Below, piece after piece: positions 40,101 through 52,209 of a stretch of DNA of 64,000 nucleotides. The translations under genes were made by a program, and so were the position numbers. Source of the DNA: Catajapyx aquilonaris (lineage: Eukaryota); the NCBI GenBank assembly GCA_000934665.2, contig JYFJ02001725.1, positions 1 to 64,000 on the forward strand, written 5' to 3'. Positions within the stretch are counted from its first letter, which is position 1. Each line of letters begins with the position of its first letter. The notes below the pieces were generated by a model. That model worked only from the letters and a program-made list of their open reading frames with translations. It had not been told where the DNA came from and did not search any database.

Positions 40101-42958
40101 AACTTTTCATTTTTCAGGGCCGCCGGCGCCCCCATTCAATCGATATCAGATGTGAACAATTCAGGGCTGCTCCTCTGCCACAAACTCTTCACTTGACACA
40201 TGGAAAAATGCGGGGCAACCGGTATTTAAATTACCGATATTTATTATGTCTTTTTTTTAAACGAATATTTGGTCCCATCCGGCTCACTTCTGGGCCTGGT
40301 CAAAGACGGGATTTTAAAATACGAGGATTATCAGTGAAATTTAATGACGTCGTGCCTAGTTTATCCTGGATTGTCGTTTGTGGAGTAGTAAATGGTGACG
40401 ACCTGGTGAATAGTGTCCGCAGGCGACATGATGTGTGCAATGTTGATAACACTGTACTTAGAACTAGCATGGTCATTAAGCGTCTACTCACCTGTTGAGT
40501 AATTTTAACAGCAATGACATCACTAAAATTTTCAAATCATAAAATACACATGATTATGCACCACAAATCCCGTATGGCTTAACCCAATTATGAATTACTA
40601 AATATTCAACTAGTCCTTATAAAATGCCTCGCGCCCCAGGCCTCCAATGGCGTCTAAGTTATGGCCGCAGCAATTTGTCGCAAATTGCTTTATTCCGACC
40701 TGGGGCAAAGTTCTCATAGTTACGCTCCTCCTTCCCCTACCCCCCTGGAGCCATAACAATGCACTTGAACCCTACTCGACTGTGTTAAAGTTCCATTTTC
40801 AGTAGCAGGAGGTGGGAGGGGTGTGTTGATGAAATGATGTCGCTCCTTCGCCCCAGAGATTCTCAGCTATGGCGCTCGATTATTATTTTTTTCCACCTCC
40901 CCCCATGAATAAATGAACTTCTGGGAGGGGTTGTGGCCTGAAGGCGTGACTAGTTGCACTGACTCCAGACATAGTACACAAATTATGCACAACATGCGTC
41001 CGGGAATTTGGGTAGCCCTTGTACATTTAACTTTTCCAGAGCCCCAACTTGTTATTGACAGCGTTTAAACAGCTATGTGAAACAGGCATTAGCTGGGTAA
41101 AAAATGACGTCATGAAAGTAATTTATGCGTAATTAAGTACATGGGTAACAATCTGCGTGATTGATATTCAATGCAGCAGTGTGGTTTCGCTCCGAGGTCT
41201 ATTAATATTGCTGTCAGAAAGTTTGCACTTCTGAACCAAAGCTTAGAAGATACTGCATCATTCGCAGTGCTGTTATCAGCATCCTATAATTTTATGCCAA
41301 ATTTTAAAACTAACCTATAAAACTAACAACATCAATACCGTTTACCAATTTACCCGCGAGGTTTTCCACAGGCTCGCAAGATAATTCTAGGCCTATCGCA
41401 TATGAGTCATTGATAATAAACCTTGAACACTGGGCTATCCCAGCCATGCTTCACCCAATATTAGAAATAAATTATCTAATTAAACCAATAATGATAAAAG
41501 GAAAAGTGACACTGTAGCACATGTCTATGCCAAAGGCTATAGTACTCCACATGCCATTACTCCCTACCCAACTTTTTTTCGCCACCCAGTAGTGCTCCTA
41601 AGAAGATGCCTTTGAATTAAAATATGGTTACTTTTAGGATAACAGAGAGCAAGAGAGTTGCAGATTATGTCTCCAGAGTTGTAATCTCAGATGCAAGTAA
41701 TTTCCTCGTTACTCTAATCGGGCACCTATCTTGTTATTGAATGATGGCGATTCCCTGGTCGTAAAAAAGCAATGCTAGGACCTGATGGGATGTACTGTTT
41801 GCCACTATAGTTTAACATCAACTGGACTGGTGGAACTGACAAGGCATATTGAGATATGGTTGAAGGAAAGGTAAGGTGATAATGAGTAGACATCAGACTC
41901 TATTCACCAACAAGGACTGAGCTGACTGTTGATGACTAGTGTGGTAGTCACACAGCTGATTGTATATTTTGAACCACTAGTTCATAGATACATAATTCAG
42001 AATTTCCAAATTAAATTGACAATAATGAGTCTGTGTAGTAGATGAAACTGAGGTAACTAGACAATCCAGATCTAGCAGACTTACTACAATTGCTGCATGG
42101 TAACTGTGGACTTGGACTGCTCAATTGCCTGCTGCCTCCATGTGTACACTTTTAATAATAGAAATCTGCTAATCTAGGATGGTCATATAGTCATACCCTG
42201 TGGGTGTACAACTTTTGCCCGCACCTACATGTCCAGAATTATTGGGTGGTGAACCTGTAATATATCTGAATTCTTTGACATCTTGTAACAATTGCAGCTG
42301 GACAACCATGACTGACTTTTAGTGTCAATGCCAGTTACACGTGAGCTTGGAATCGTCACAGTAATGAGGTAATTCACTCACCCTGTAAAAGGCATTTAGT
42401 GCAAACTGATTGAGTGCAGTGGGACGGAACAGACTGGCAAGGGCAAGTAGGAACGATTAAATTCCTGGTTTAGACAATACTGCCAACTTTAAACAATGGT
42501 GGCTTCTACCCTGCAGACACTGGTGATAACTGCTTGTTATGTAGAATAGGCCTACTAATATACTATTAATTGCAAGCCTTACTTGGGAGAAACAGCATGA
42601 AAATATATGACTATGAGCATTCTAGGTATAACGTGATTAGGCCATTGACGAAAGCATGATGGGCAATACAACAATAGGTAACGAGGGTCACCACAATGCA
42701 AGGGTCCATGAGTGATGTCTGATTCCAACTCTTGTGATCATACCAGTCCTGACCAACCCTAGCAAGCCAGGAAAAAATCTTCGAACGCCCCACAACAGGG
42801 TGTGGTTACCCGCATCCAGTGTAACACCCATCTACTGAAAATACCTTGCCCTCCAACAGTATCGCAGCCATCAACACACCCTTTCATGAGTATGCGAACG
42901 TTGGGGGTAACATTCAGCCATGTTTTAGGTGCTAGGTGCAGCCCATCTACATACTCAC

Positions 42959-43150
42959 ATTCAGGGGTTCGAGTCCGCGTCGTCGGGCTGAGTCCACTGA
43001 GCCACTCCTGGATGTGCACGTACACAATACACCAGGGCACACGAGTCCTTCCCGTTACGACAGGAACCACTCGCACAACGATGTCGGTATAGCAAATGTA
43101 ACACCACGGAATGCAACGCACCCGACCGGCCGAGAGACACTGGGAAACTG
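42959..43150 (-). other. PACSIN: Probable non-coding first exon of the PACSIN/syndapin gene
   Basis: CpG-rich segment; Inr-like TCAGTT on the minus strand at 43151-43146; donor AT|GTGAGT at 42958. The link to PACSIN is inferred because the ATG exon has an upstream acceptor and so needs an upstream exon. Confidence 0.5.
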
Positions 43151-43300
43151 AGCAAGCAGCAAGGTCGCTCCCATTGGTCGGTCAGAACGACACGGCCGGA
43201 TGTAGCGTAGCGGCTTGAGTATTCGCCGGATCGCGGCTTCCGGTAGGAGGCGATAACTGCTACTGTACAAACGCCAGCAGTGCGGTTATTCAAATCAATG
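43100..43300 (-). promoter_or_regulatory. CpG-island-like promoter, probably of PACSIN
   Basis: Local CpG enrichment against CpG-poor flanking DNA at about 41.5-42.8 kb; Inr-like motif; followed by a donor site. Confidence 0.45.
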
Positions 43301-44195
43301 TAAGTACTGGTTTGATTTTTGAGTTAGATGTCCTAGCCAAGAATAGCATTCGAATTGTCCATGGGACGGTCTTAGCACTTGTCCTAGTCCTTCGGATCAG
43401 CCAGTAGGCGTGGACCTCTTTGGCCTTGTGCCCATGCTGATTGGCAGATGCGAAGGACTAGGGCAAGTACAAGGACCGCCCCGGGCATGCCCGTGTGTAA
43501 ACCCCTGAATTTAACAAGCTACTATTAGATTTAATGAGTGGTTATGTGGCGGCCACGGCCACGCTATGCCTTCGTCTCTTGGTCTTTAGTCACTCATAAT
43601 ATATGGAACTGGTGAAGCATGTGAAGGGCACTCGGTTAAAGGTCCTGCCCATCGTCTGGCTAGACGTTCAGTAGCACTCATTCAAGAGCTTCCATGTGAA
43701 TCCCGGCACCGTTGCGCGTTCTGCTCCAATAGGTCAAGTGGATCGTGATTCAGAATTCTCAGTTTGGTCCAGATCTTGCAACAAGCAACTCAACTTGCAA
43801 CAAGCCCTCAACTGCCTTTCTGCCCCCAAAAGATTTTTTTGACAGGTGACAGGGTGCAGTGAATTACCCAGATGCGACGGAATAGGTTTTACAGTGTCCT
43901 CGATCTAGGCTTACATAATCTGGTCCCATAGGAGGAAAATACTATGCCTCGATCATCATCGTTTTTGTGTGCTGCATTAGCTAAAGATATTTGTATTTAC
44001 GCCATTGCTGGCTACCCCATGCTTGGAACAACGCCGTGAAGAAATGAATGAATTATTATTATTAATGCTTTTGGTTATAGGACATGCCTAAGAATGAGAC
44101 ACTGGCCTCGGCGGAGGTTGGGTCATATATTATCATGACACTAACTTTTGATGAAAAGGTTACACAACTGATTAATTATAATTATGGAAAAATTG

Positions 44196-44457
44196 GCACT
44201 GAAGGGGCACTGTCAGGGTATTTGGCTGTTAGGGTATTCGGCTGTCAGGGTTTTGGGCTGTCAGGGTGTTTGGCTGTCAGGGTATTTGGCTGTCAGGGTA
44301 AATGTGTGTTGGCTGTCAGGGTTTTCGGCGGTCAGGTTGGAGGTCCCATTCCGGAGTTGTTTCCTAAATTAATAGGCCACAGCCGCCTCCTTCCTTCCCT
44401 ATCCTATCCCAAAAAGCAAAGTAAAAACCCAAAAAGGCTGATAACGGGGTAAGATGA

Positions 44458-44488
<31 letters not shown>
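44196..44488 (+). mobile_element. Retroposed insert: 16-bp tandem array fused to a SINE D 3' part
   Basis: About 7 copies of TTTGGCTGTCAGGGTA, then the SINE D core and tail and (ATT)n; TSD TATGGAAAAATTG. Confidence 0.7.
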
Positions 44489-44492
<4 letters not shown>

Positions 44493-45350
44493 GGAAAAAT
44501 TGAATTTGGGAGGAATCTGAACAACATTTTTCTCAATCCAAATACCCATCTTTATTTCTTCCCATTGCCAATTTTCACAAATAGACATTTGTTGAGCTTT
44601 CCAAATAGACATAAAACAAATAAGTGCCTAATCACTGGAATGGCCAATTAACACAATGGCCAGTAGTATCACATGCACTCCTTATTTAACCTTGATCTAG
44701 GAAAAATACATGGCAAAAGATCTCTCTCCCCTCCGAACGTGCATATGTGATGGTTTTCCCATTGAAATGTCCATCACTGAGATTTGTTGGAACTAAACTG
44801 AGTATTGTTTATGGAGTAACTTTTGAATGGTTCCTTTGAATGGTTTTAAAAGTATTAGCTGCTGATATTAGGTTTGCATGGACCCATCTTTCTTAATGCC
44901 TGCAATCAGTCTTTCACAACTGGGAATTCACTGCAAATCTGATCCTGGATTGATGTTCAATTCAGCTTGATATCAGCAGTTAATCTTTTATAACAATTAA
45001 AAGTTACCATTCTAAAATAACCACTTAAAATAGTACAAGAAATGCTATATAAAATGGACAATTTCAATTTGAACCCTACATGCACAATGGTCCCAAAACT
45101 TTATTATATTATTTATTTATTATTATTATATTTAAAAATGGCGTCTGAATATATTTTTATAAGTACATCAAGTGTTTGGGTGCAAAATAAACTGGTAATG
45201 CCTAACATGTTGGCATGACATTTTTTAAAACAATGGAAGACAACTTTCTGTTCCCTACTGTATTTCCAAAATGCTAACCTTCTAACATTTCAATACAGTA
45301 CAAGGAACATAAACTCATGTTAGGGCTAGTAAGCTGGCCCAAGGGGTCAG

Positions 45351-46004
45351 AAAGGATCTCTTCCATGAATGATTTTGTTTATGAAGCATAATAATTTTTA
45401 GTGTAAGTTGGTCACTCCTGGAAAAAACTGTGTCACACCTTTGCAAGCATCAAGCAGCTTGCTAAGAAGGAGCAGGTGGCATCATCGATGAATCAATTTC
45501 CACTTGTGTAAGTTCCCAACCGTGACAGCATTGGTGCAGGTTGCCGGGGTACAGTGCTGAACATTAATTCCGTCGTACTGCTAGTGACATTTTCCGACGC
45601 GGCAGAAGTGCAAAGCGAAGTGATGGAGTGCGAACCGTGTGAGAAATGCACTTTGCACTTCTGCCACATCAGAAAATGTTGCTAGTGGTATGACGGAATT
45701 AATGTCACTGTACAAGACAGTGTTTTCCAATACTGTTCTTATTAATATTCGATGAAAAAGTGAAACTTAGTTTTTAAATTTGTTGCTTGAGTAACAAAAA
45801 CATTGTCTTGAAAGCAGAGAACCTGCAAAATTTTCGCATTTGAAATGGCCCAAGATAGTGCTAAGAACCTACCAGTAACTTTACTACAATTGCTGGTTAC
45901 GGGTAATTTTCTGAGTGGCAAAAACTGGTCAGAAGTTGTTATTAACAATTTCCAATAAAAATTATTATGCCTCACAAGAAAATCAATCCTGGAAGAGATC
46001 CTTT
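45351..46004. mobile_element. TIR element containing a CAGTG-terminated MITE (45552-45710, TA flanks)
   Basis: AAAGGATCTCTTCCA...TGGAAGAGATCCTTT; inner TA|CAGTG...CACTG|TA hairpin. Confidence 0.7.
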
Positions 46005-46800
46005 AGACACAATATTAGACACTCTGTTGCCTACCAGTAACTAGTAATTAAGGCAAAGAACCATCCTTAAAAAGACATGCACTAGCACCTTTTGCACTCA
46101 TGGCACTGAATGAACACGTTCTATCCTTGAGATCATCATTATAAAAGGCCTATAAAGGCATATTAACCAATACAGAGAATATTGTTAGGGTGCCATCCAT
46201 GAAGAACATCCTGGTAATTGATGAGCGCTTGCAGTTCGACAGGTATTCCAGGAATTCATATTGCTCAGTGGACCCTCCAGCATATCTAGAAGATCAGGAG
46301 GTATAAAACCTTTGTATATAAAACCTTCGTAGTGAACAGCAACCTACTTGCCCAACACCAATGAAGTTCGCCTAGCACGAAAATCACCTGCATGTTGATA
46401 TTGCAAATACGGATTACTTGAGAATGAATCATGTTTTAATCACACAACTTATATCCTAAGGGGTCGTCCATATACCACATGACCGTTTTGGGGGGAGGGG
46501 GGGGNGGGGGGGGGGGGGGGGGGAGGGGGTCGGCGAAAATTCACGTGGTATCTCTGAACACAGTGAATTGGCACATATGGGAGCTTTTGCAGATGCACAT
46601 GGGTTCAAAATAACCTAAAATTCGAAATCAGCGACCCCGAAAACATGGGGAGACATATTTTTTACGTGCTTAAACAGTTTAGTTGATTGTTATTTTCAGA
46701 CACAGAGTGCAATGAGTAATGGAATTGTGGCGCAGGGCAAAAGCCCTGCACTTTTTTTCCCATCTGGCACAACCACATCAGTATGTATTAAACAGTGGGC

Positions 46801-47157
46801 CAGGGGCAGATCCAGACTTTCGATTTGGGGGGGGTCATGCCGTCATGGTCCTTTCGGACCGTTCTGTACCATACCACAGACTTGGTGGCGTTTGCGAGGC
46901 GGGGCGGGGGCATAAGTCGAAAAGGGCGGGGAGCAAGAGTGCCGCAGGCGAAAATTTTTGGGGGGTTCAAGGTCACACGAGCTTAGGTGAATGTAGGAGA
47001 TTTGAATGTGTGTGTGTACAGTATTTGATGAAATTGGTAGCACTTTTCCCCAAAAATCATCCTAATTTGCAGATAAAAATTTAGAAAATATTTCACTTTC
47101 CATGGTTTGGGGGGGGGGGTCATGACCCCCGTGACCCCCCCCTTGGATCCGCCCCTG
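46801..47157. mobile_element. hAT-like MITE
   Basis: TIR CAGGGGC(A/G)GATCCA; exact 8-bp TSD CAGTGGGC. Confidence 0.88.
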
Positions 47158-47432
47158 CAGTGGGCAAACGCCATTGCCCCTGGTGCGCTAAATAAATACT
47201 GTCCTATTCGTCTTGTTCCACTGACAAATGCATTGATATCTTGCCCTACATTGCTCTTCCATGTGGCTCATTAGCATATAAGTTGTATGATTAAAACATG
47301 ATTCATTCTCAAGTAATCCGTATTTGTAACATCGACATGTAGGTGATTTTCGTGCTAGGCGAACTTCATTGGTGTTGGGCAAGTAATGATGTCACATCTT
47401 CACTTATGTATTTTTATGTGCCTGCATGACAT

Positions 47433-47749
47433 AGAGGGTTAAGGGATTTTTGTGCATAAGCACCAGGTAGACAGATTGCACGGGTGTTACACCCGGATTC
47501 TTACTCTGACAGGATTTGATCACCTATTGCACATGGACGATGAGTTACAAGACCGAACTATTCAGAGGCCCTCGAGCTTACTTTTGCTTATTTTGAAGCT
47601 GGCGGATCAGATGTGACGTCACAAAACTTTGAAGGCACCATACGCATTAACTACACAATGGCGCCCAAAACTACTTGCACATCCCTATATTAGTTTGGCG
47701 AGTACTATCAGCCTACCTGGTGCTTATGCATGAGAATCCCTTCACCCTG
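47433..47749. mobile_element. Tc1/mariner-type MITE
   Basis: AGGGT.AAGGGATT..TGCATAAGCACCAGGTAG inverted at both ends, TA flanks. Confidence 0.65.
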
Positions 47750-47937
47750 TACAGAGGGTGTTCATTACCAGTGGAATTTCCAACTGGCAGCATAATCATT
47801 GGCTAGAAGCAAGTCTATAATGTGGATGTGATAAATGTGGATGGACCACATGATAACCAGAAATGTGTGCCTCCCCCTAGGCACATGGGACAATCCACCT
47901 TGCTGTTGGGATAAGAAAGGCCCTTGCATTTTCCAGG

Positions 47938-48135
47938 TGAGTTGGTGGTGTAATGGCCAACAACACAGCCTCCCACCGCTGTGGTCCAAGGTTCGAGTCT
48001 GGTCGGGCGGAGGATTTTCTCACATGCAAAGTGTTTCGAGAGGTTCGCTCCATATTTCCGTGGATTTTCTCAGGATTATCCAATTTCTTCTCACTTTCCA
48101 AAAATCACTTCCCCTCTCACCCTCCCCTAAGCCAG
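47938..48135 (+). mobile_element. Degenerate tRNA-derived SINE
   Basis: A box TGGTGTAATGG, B box GGTTCGAGTC, followed by CCGTGGATTTTCTCAGG core-like sequence. Confidence 0.55.
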
Positions 48136-48683
48136 ATAGCTTCACTTGCTTTGGCTCTCCCCAACCAACCTTGCAATTTCTTGTCAGAAACACGTTAATG
48201 GGCCCATGCATCTCTTGCACAGTAACACAACCACTGCATGGTAACAGGGTGTTCTGCCTACCTTTGGCCGCAATGTGGGTTATGGTGTGTCTAGAGGAAG
48301 GGAAACATTTGTTTTTGTGTAGGTCATAACTACATTTCTCACCCATATATTTTATACTTGCTTTGGCCAACAATTATGCTGGCAGTCGAAAGTCCCACTA
48401 ATAAGAAACACAATGTTGTGTGTGTGGAAAATTGATGGTTGTCATCTTAACCCTGTGCCTACTGCTGATTTATTCGCCATTTTTGCACATTTATAAAGTC
48501 TGCTGTTGTGCCAACAAGAAATACACAAGAGACTTTGGTTTTATGTCCATACATTGCCAAGAGGTGGAGGGACCTTATGGGGGTCATAATATGAGGTTAA
48601 AAAATATTCAGAATACCATAGAATCTTCATTTTTTGTGGCAATTTCAGCTTCATGAAACAGCTCATGGAGATCACCCCAAATA

Positions 48684-48935
48684 TTTATTTATTTATGTTA
48701 CCCCGTGTTAGGACAGAGCCCTTTTAGGGGGACTGCTCTGGGTACAAAAAGGCAGAAAGATGTTACGCTGTATCCAAATTTACAAAAAAAGAACACAAAA
48801 AAGAAAGAAAAAGGAAAATTTCACAGCTTTTCATACACTTTCATTATGTTTTTACCTTCTTGACTACATTGACAAAAAAATTATATAAATTAAAAAGTTC
48901 TTCCTTGGGTATATCAACAAACAGCCACTGAATTT
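48684..48935 (-). mobile_element. 5'-truncated retroposon 3' end sharing the SINE A/B/D tail
   Basis: 17-bp TSD GGAGATCACCCCAAATA; minus-strand tail CCCCTAAAAGGG...AACACGGGGTAAC(ATAA)n. Confidence 0.7.
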
Positions 48936-49013
48936 GGAGATCACCCCAAATAATTATTCCATATTGTCCATTCCCTGTGAAAAATGATGAAAATACTAAT
49001 TGTCTGATTAAAA

Positions 49014-49289
49014 ATTGACACTTCTTCCGCGGCGGCGCTTTAGCGGGCGCAGATTGACACTTCTTGCCGTGGTGGCGTTGATAACGGGGTCAGCTGTGAA
49101 CAAAATGTCGGACCACCTCTCTTGCTCTCTGTGATATCACAGACCAGCTCTCGAACACTCCATCCCCATTCGTATGTCACAGACCGGTGGTCCGACATTT
49201 TGTTCACAGCTGACCCCGTTATCAGCGCCACCACGGCAAGAAGTGTCAACCTGCACCCGCTAAAGCGCCGCCGTGGAAGACGTGTCAAG
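49014..49289. repeat. GC-rich near-perfect inverted repeat (~100-bp arms)
   Basis: TTGACACTTCTT...TGTCGGACCACC pairs with GGTGGTCCGACA...GTGTCAA. Confidence 0.85.
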
Positions 49290-49863
49290 CTGTGCTTGAC
49301 ACAGTAGCAAGGTGTCACTGAGGTGTCACCCAGATAAAGTCTCATGAATTCCCGAACATTTTTAATCATGTTTCACTTCCGTAGGGGTACTCGTTGGAAA
49401 GTTATTCGGAAATAAAAATAGGCACCGACTTCTGATACACCCTGTATTCCTCTTTTTAACCACGATTCTATCTCCTTGTTTATTTGTCCTAATTTATCGG
49501 CGCCACCCTGTATAACATGTTGGTGTTGGGAGAGCAGTCTGAACAGTTAAAAATACTTTACATGGACGTCATTGTTGAACTTTCCATTGTTATATCTCCG
49601 TGAGATTTGACTCCGCTTCGCAATAAGGTGTGGATCCCTACCTACCTGGGTTTTTTTCAGTTAAATCGGAAGGGGTTGAGCCACAATGTTTCAGAAAATT
49701 TACAGAATTGAGATAGAATGACCCAGCTGCAACAATCAAATGATGTGTAACTGCACTGCAAGATGGCTGCTGACTTTGTTAACATCAACAAGGGTCCTTA
49801 ATCCATCAATTCTCGCCCACCCTCCTGTTGGAACCATCTCGAGTTCCACCTTGTATACACACA

Positions 49864-50267
49864 CTAGCTTCACGTAGAGAGATTCCTGATGAAAAACCAG
49901 CATAGGGGAGTGAAGGGTCGAGTGCCCTACAATGCGTGGTTATCGCTTATGAGTCCTCCGCAAGTTGAAGCCAAATCATGACATCACATCGTACCCGCGC
50001 CATTCAAAAGCTACTGTATGCAGTGTGTTGCCAGGTGTTGCCATGCTGCCGTCCCCCACCTTCCGACCCAACACTGTTGAACTCAAGGGAATGCAGCATG
50101 GCAACACACTGCATACAGTAGAGTTTGAATGGTGTGGGCGGATGTAATGTCATGATTTGGCTCCAACTTTCGGAGGACTCGTGATCGATAAGCACACATT
50201 GTAGGCCACTCGGACCTTCACTTCCCTATACTGGTTTTTCACATGGACGCTCGTTATGTGAAGCTTG
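49864..50267. repeat. Diverged ~400-bp fold-back (MITE-like)
   Basis: Arms of ~180 bp are reverse-complementary along their length. Confidence 0.8.
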
Positions 50268-50785
50268 TGCGCCATTTACCCACCAACCTGTAGAGTGGTT
50301 AGGGGTTTTAAGTCATTAAGATGATTATTTTTAAGCAGGACTCTGGAACTGGAGCCTGTGTTTTCCCAGAAGCAACTGTACCATACACCTCCATGGAGTT
50401 GTCCATGTCCCTCAGACACACTCCCTAAGGTCGAACCATACGTAATTGTCCTCCTCGACATCATCTGAGAGCTCCCTACCCCAACTTGACTCTGCCCACC
50501 ACTTTCGAATATAAATCCAGACTCAGGATCCAACCTGACCTTGTGGTGCAGGGTTGAACTTACACAAAGAAAACAAACAGGAGTCAACACCTTCTCAATC
50601 CTGACTCCGAGACCGAAAATCAATGACATGCAGGATAAAGATGGTGGGTCAGCACTGCCCAGAAGAAGTTAAAGTATACCAAGTAATAAATTATTATTAA
50701 TTAAAATACGTAAAAACCAAGAACATCGTTATAAAAAGTAAAAGTGGATTGGCTTCTTTAGCAACCAATCCTATCTCACATTCTC

Positions 50786-50962
50786 CTATTGAGCTGATGC
50801 AGATGAGGAAGCTCCTTCAGCTTCACCCTCATCTTCCTCTGGCTGTCCAGATTGCCAGGTCCAGCCACATGAAGGGCACTTAAACTGTCGCCCGATTCGC
50901 TTCTCGTATTCTTCAAGGCAAGGGTAGTGGACCCGTGTATCACACACATGGCATTCGTCGCC
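50786..50962 (-). CDS. NSMCE1: NSE1 exon 3 (rest of the RING-like finger, stop codon)
   Basis: Manual translation GDECHVCDTRVHYPCLEEYEKRIGRQFKCPSCGWTW...SAQ*; completes a C4HC3 RING; total CDS 774 nt = 257 aa. Confidence 0.9.
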   Translation of the reverse strand, partial: GDECHVCDTRVHYPCLEEYEKRIGRQFKCPSCGWTWQSGQPEEDEGEAEGASSSASAQ

Positions 50963-51365
50963 CTAATAGGAGAATTAATGACATGTTAAATGCTGTTTAT
51001 AATACACCTTTTGTAAGAAAAAACTTAATCCAAAAAATCATTACACATATTAGAAACCTATTAAATAATATGGAGATCTAAAATCCAGAATGACCAGAGC
51101 CACATTTCACTGATGCATAGATTTGAGGTTATAAGTTGGAAGATTTCATTATTTCTAGGCTTCCTGAAAATTTGTCTGGCCGATAAAGAGCCACGTTAAT
51201 TTTTTATTCATTGTTGACAGCAAGGTTGACAACAGTGAATAACAAACTAACCTGGCTCTTTATTGGACAAACAAATTATCCAGAAGCTGGTGCAACCCAG
51301 CCTAATAGGATGAAAGTTTACTGTAATTTCTCTATTACAAAACTGACTTGACCATTAGGGATCTA

Positions 51366-52125
51366 CGAGGGGAGTACATAAAGTAGCGCCTCTGGGTTGA
51401 AGGAAACGAGAGAAACTGTTCGAATTGCACACATGTATTAGTCCTTCTCTCTATATGAACCCTGCAAAGCCACACATTTTTCCCAGTGATTCAAAACCTG
51501 TCGGACACCATCATTGTAGAAGTTGACGCCGATGCCGACGATGATGATGATGATGATTATTATTATTATTAAGTAGGATAAGGCTTGGCACAATGGAAGG
51601 TTTGGATCCTGGAGTGATATTTTTACTACCAATGCTATCAGTTGTTTCGTGATATTTGTGAATAAGTGGCAACAGCCTGTTTCTAGACTCATAAAATAAG
51701 TAGCAGTATTTTTCGGGAGTGCAGAAAATTTTCTAATGAAGAAAGACTGAACTTTTTCTACCTCCATTAGGTATGCTCGTGACCAGATTGGGGCAGCATA
51801 TAACATGGACGCAATAATTTGCGTGTTAAAAATTTCATGGCTTGAGTGAAGACAGAGATTGTTGGTCACATGGACTAAGGCAGAAGTTAGGACACTTGAG
51901 TACACCGTCGGTAATGGTTGTGACCGGTAGTCCGGGTCTCTGGTTGTCCTTCATGCTAATGATCTTATTCCGGAATTGCTGGAACCACATTGCCGCACCA
52001 TTTGCTCAGACATGACATCTCCGGAGCATACACCTCCACTATCCGGCGATAAATGATATGTCATAATTATGTCAAATGCCGACCACTGGTAGCGAACATC
52101 TGCCCTCACTTTTGTCTTAGTCTAA
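51366..52125 (-). pseudogene. Degenerate mariner, split by a LINE fragment
   Basis: TA|CGAGGGG terminus at 51364; C-terminal FYNDGVRQVLNHWEKCVALQGSY at 51440-51525; frameshifted N-terminal HTH (IYRRIVEVY..VMSEQMVRQ..WFQQFRN...DNQRPG.PVT) at 51905-52110. Confidence 0.75.
51570..51895 (-). mobile_element. Non-LTR retrotransposon ORF2 fragment (region downstream of RT)
   Basis: IFNTQIIASMLYAAPIW...VEKVQSFFIRK...LPKNT......LETG motif. Confidence 0.7.
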
Positions 52126-52156
52126 TAATTTTTAAAAAAGTACAAAAAATAAAATA

Positions 52157-52199
<43 letters not shown>

Positions 52200-52209
<10 letters not shown>

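Noticed and set aside
44200..44335. CRISPR-like or telomeric array
   Set aside because: The repeats are contiguous with no unique spacers, the context is eukaryotic, and the 16-bp unit is not a TTAGG/TCAGG array.
30852..46530. Poly-C/G tracts containing N, as G-quadruplex elements
   Set aside because: The base calls are ambiguous homopolymer artefacts with unreliable lengths; no functional claim can be supported.
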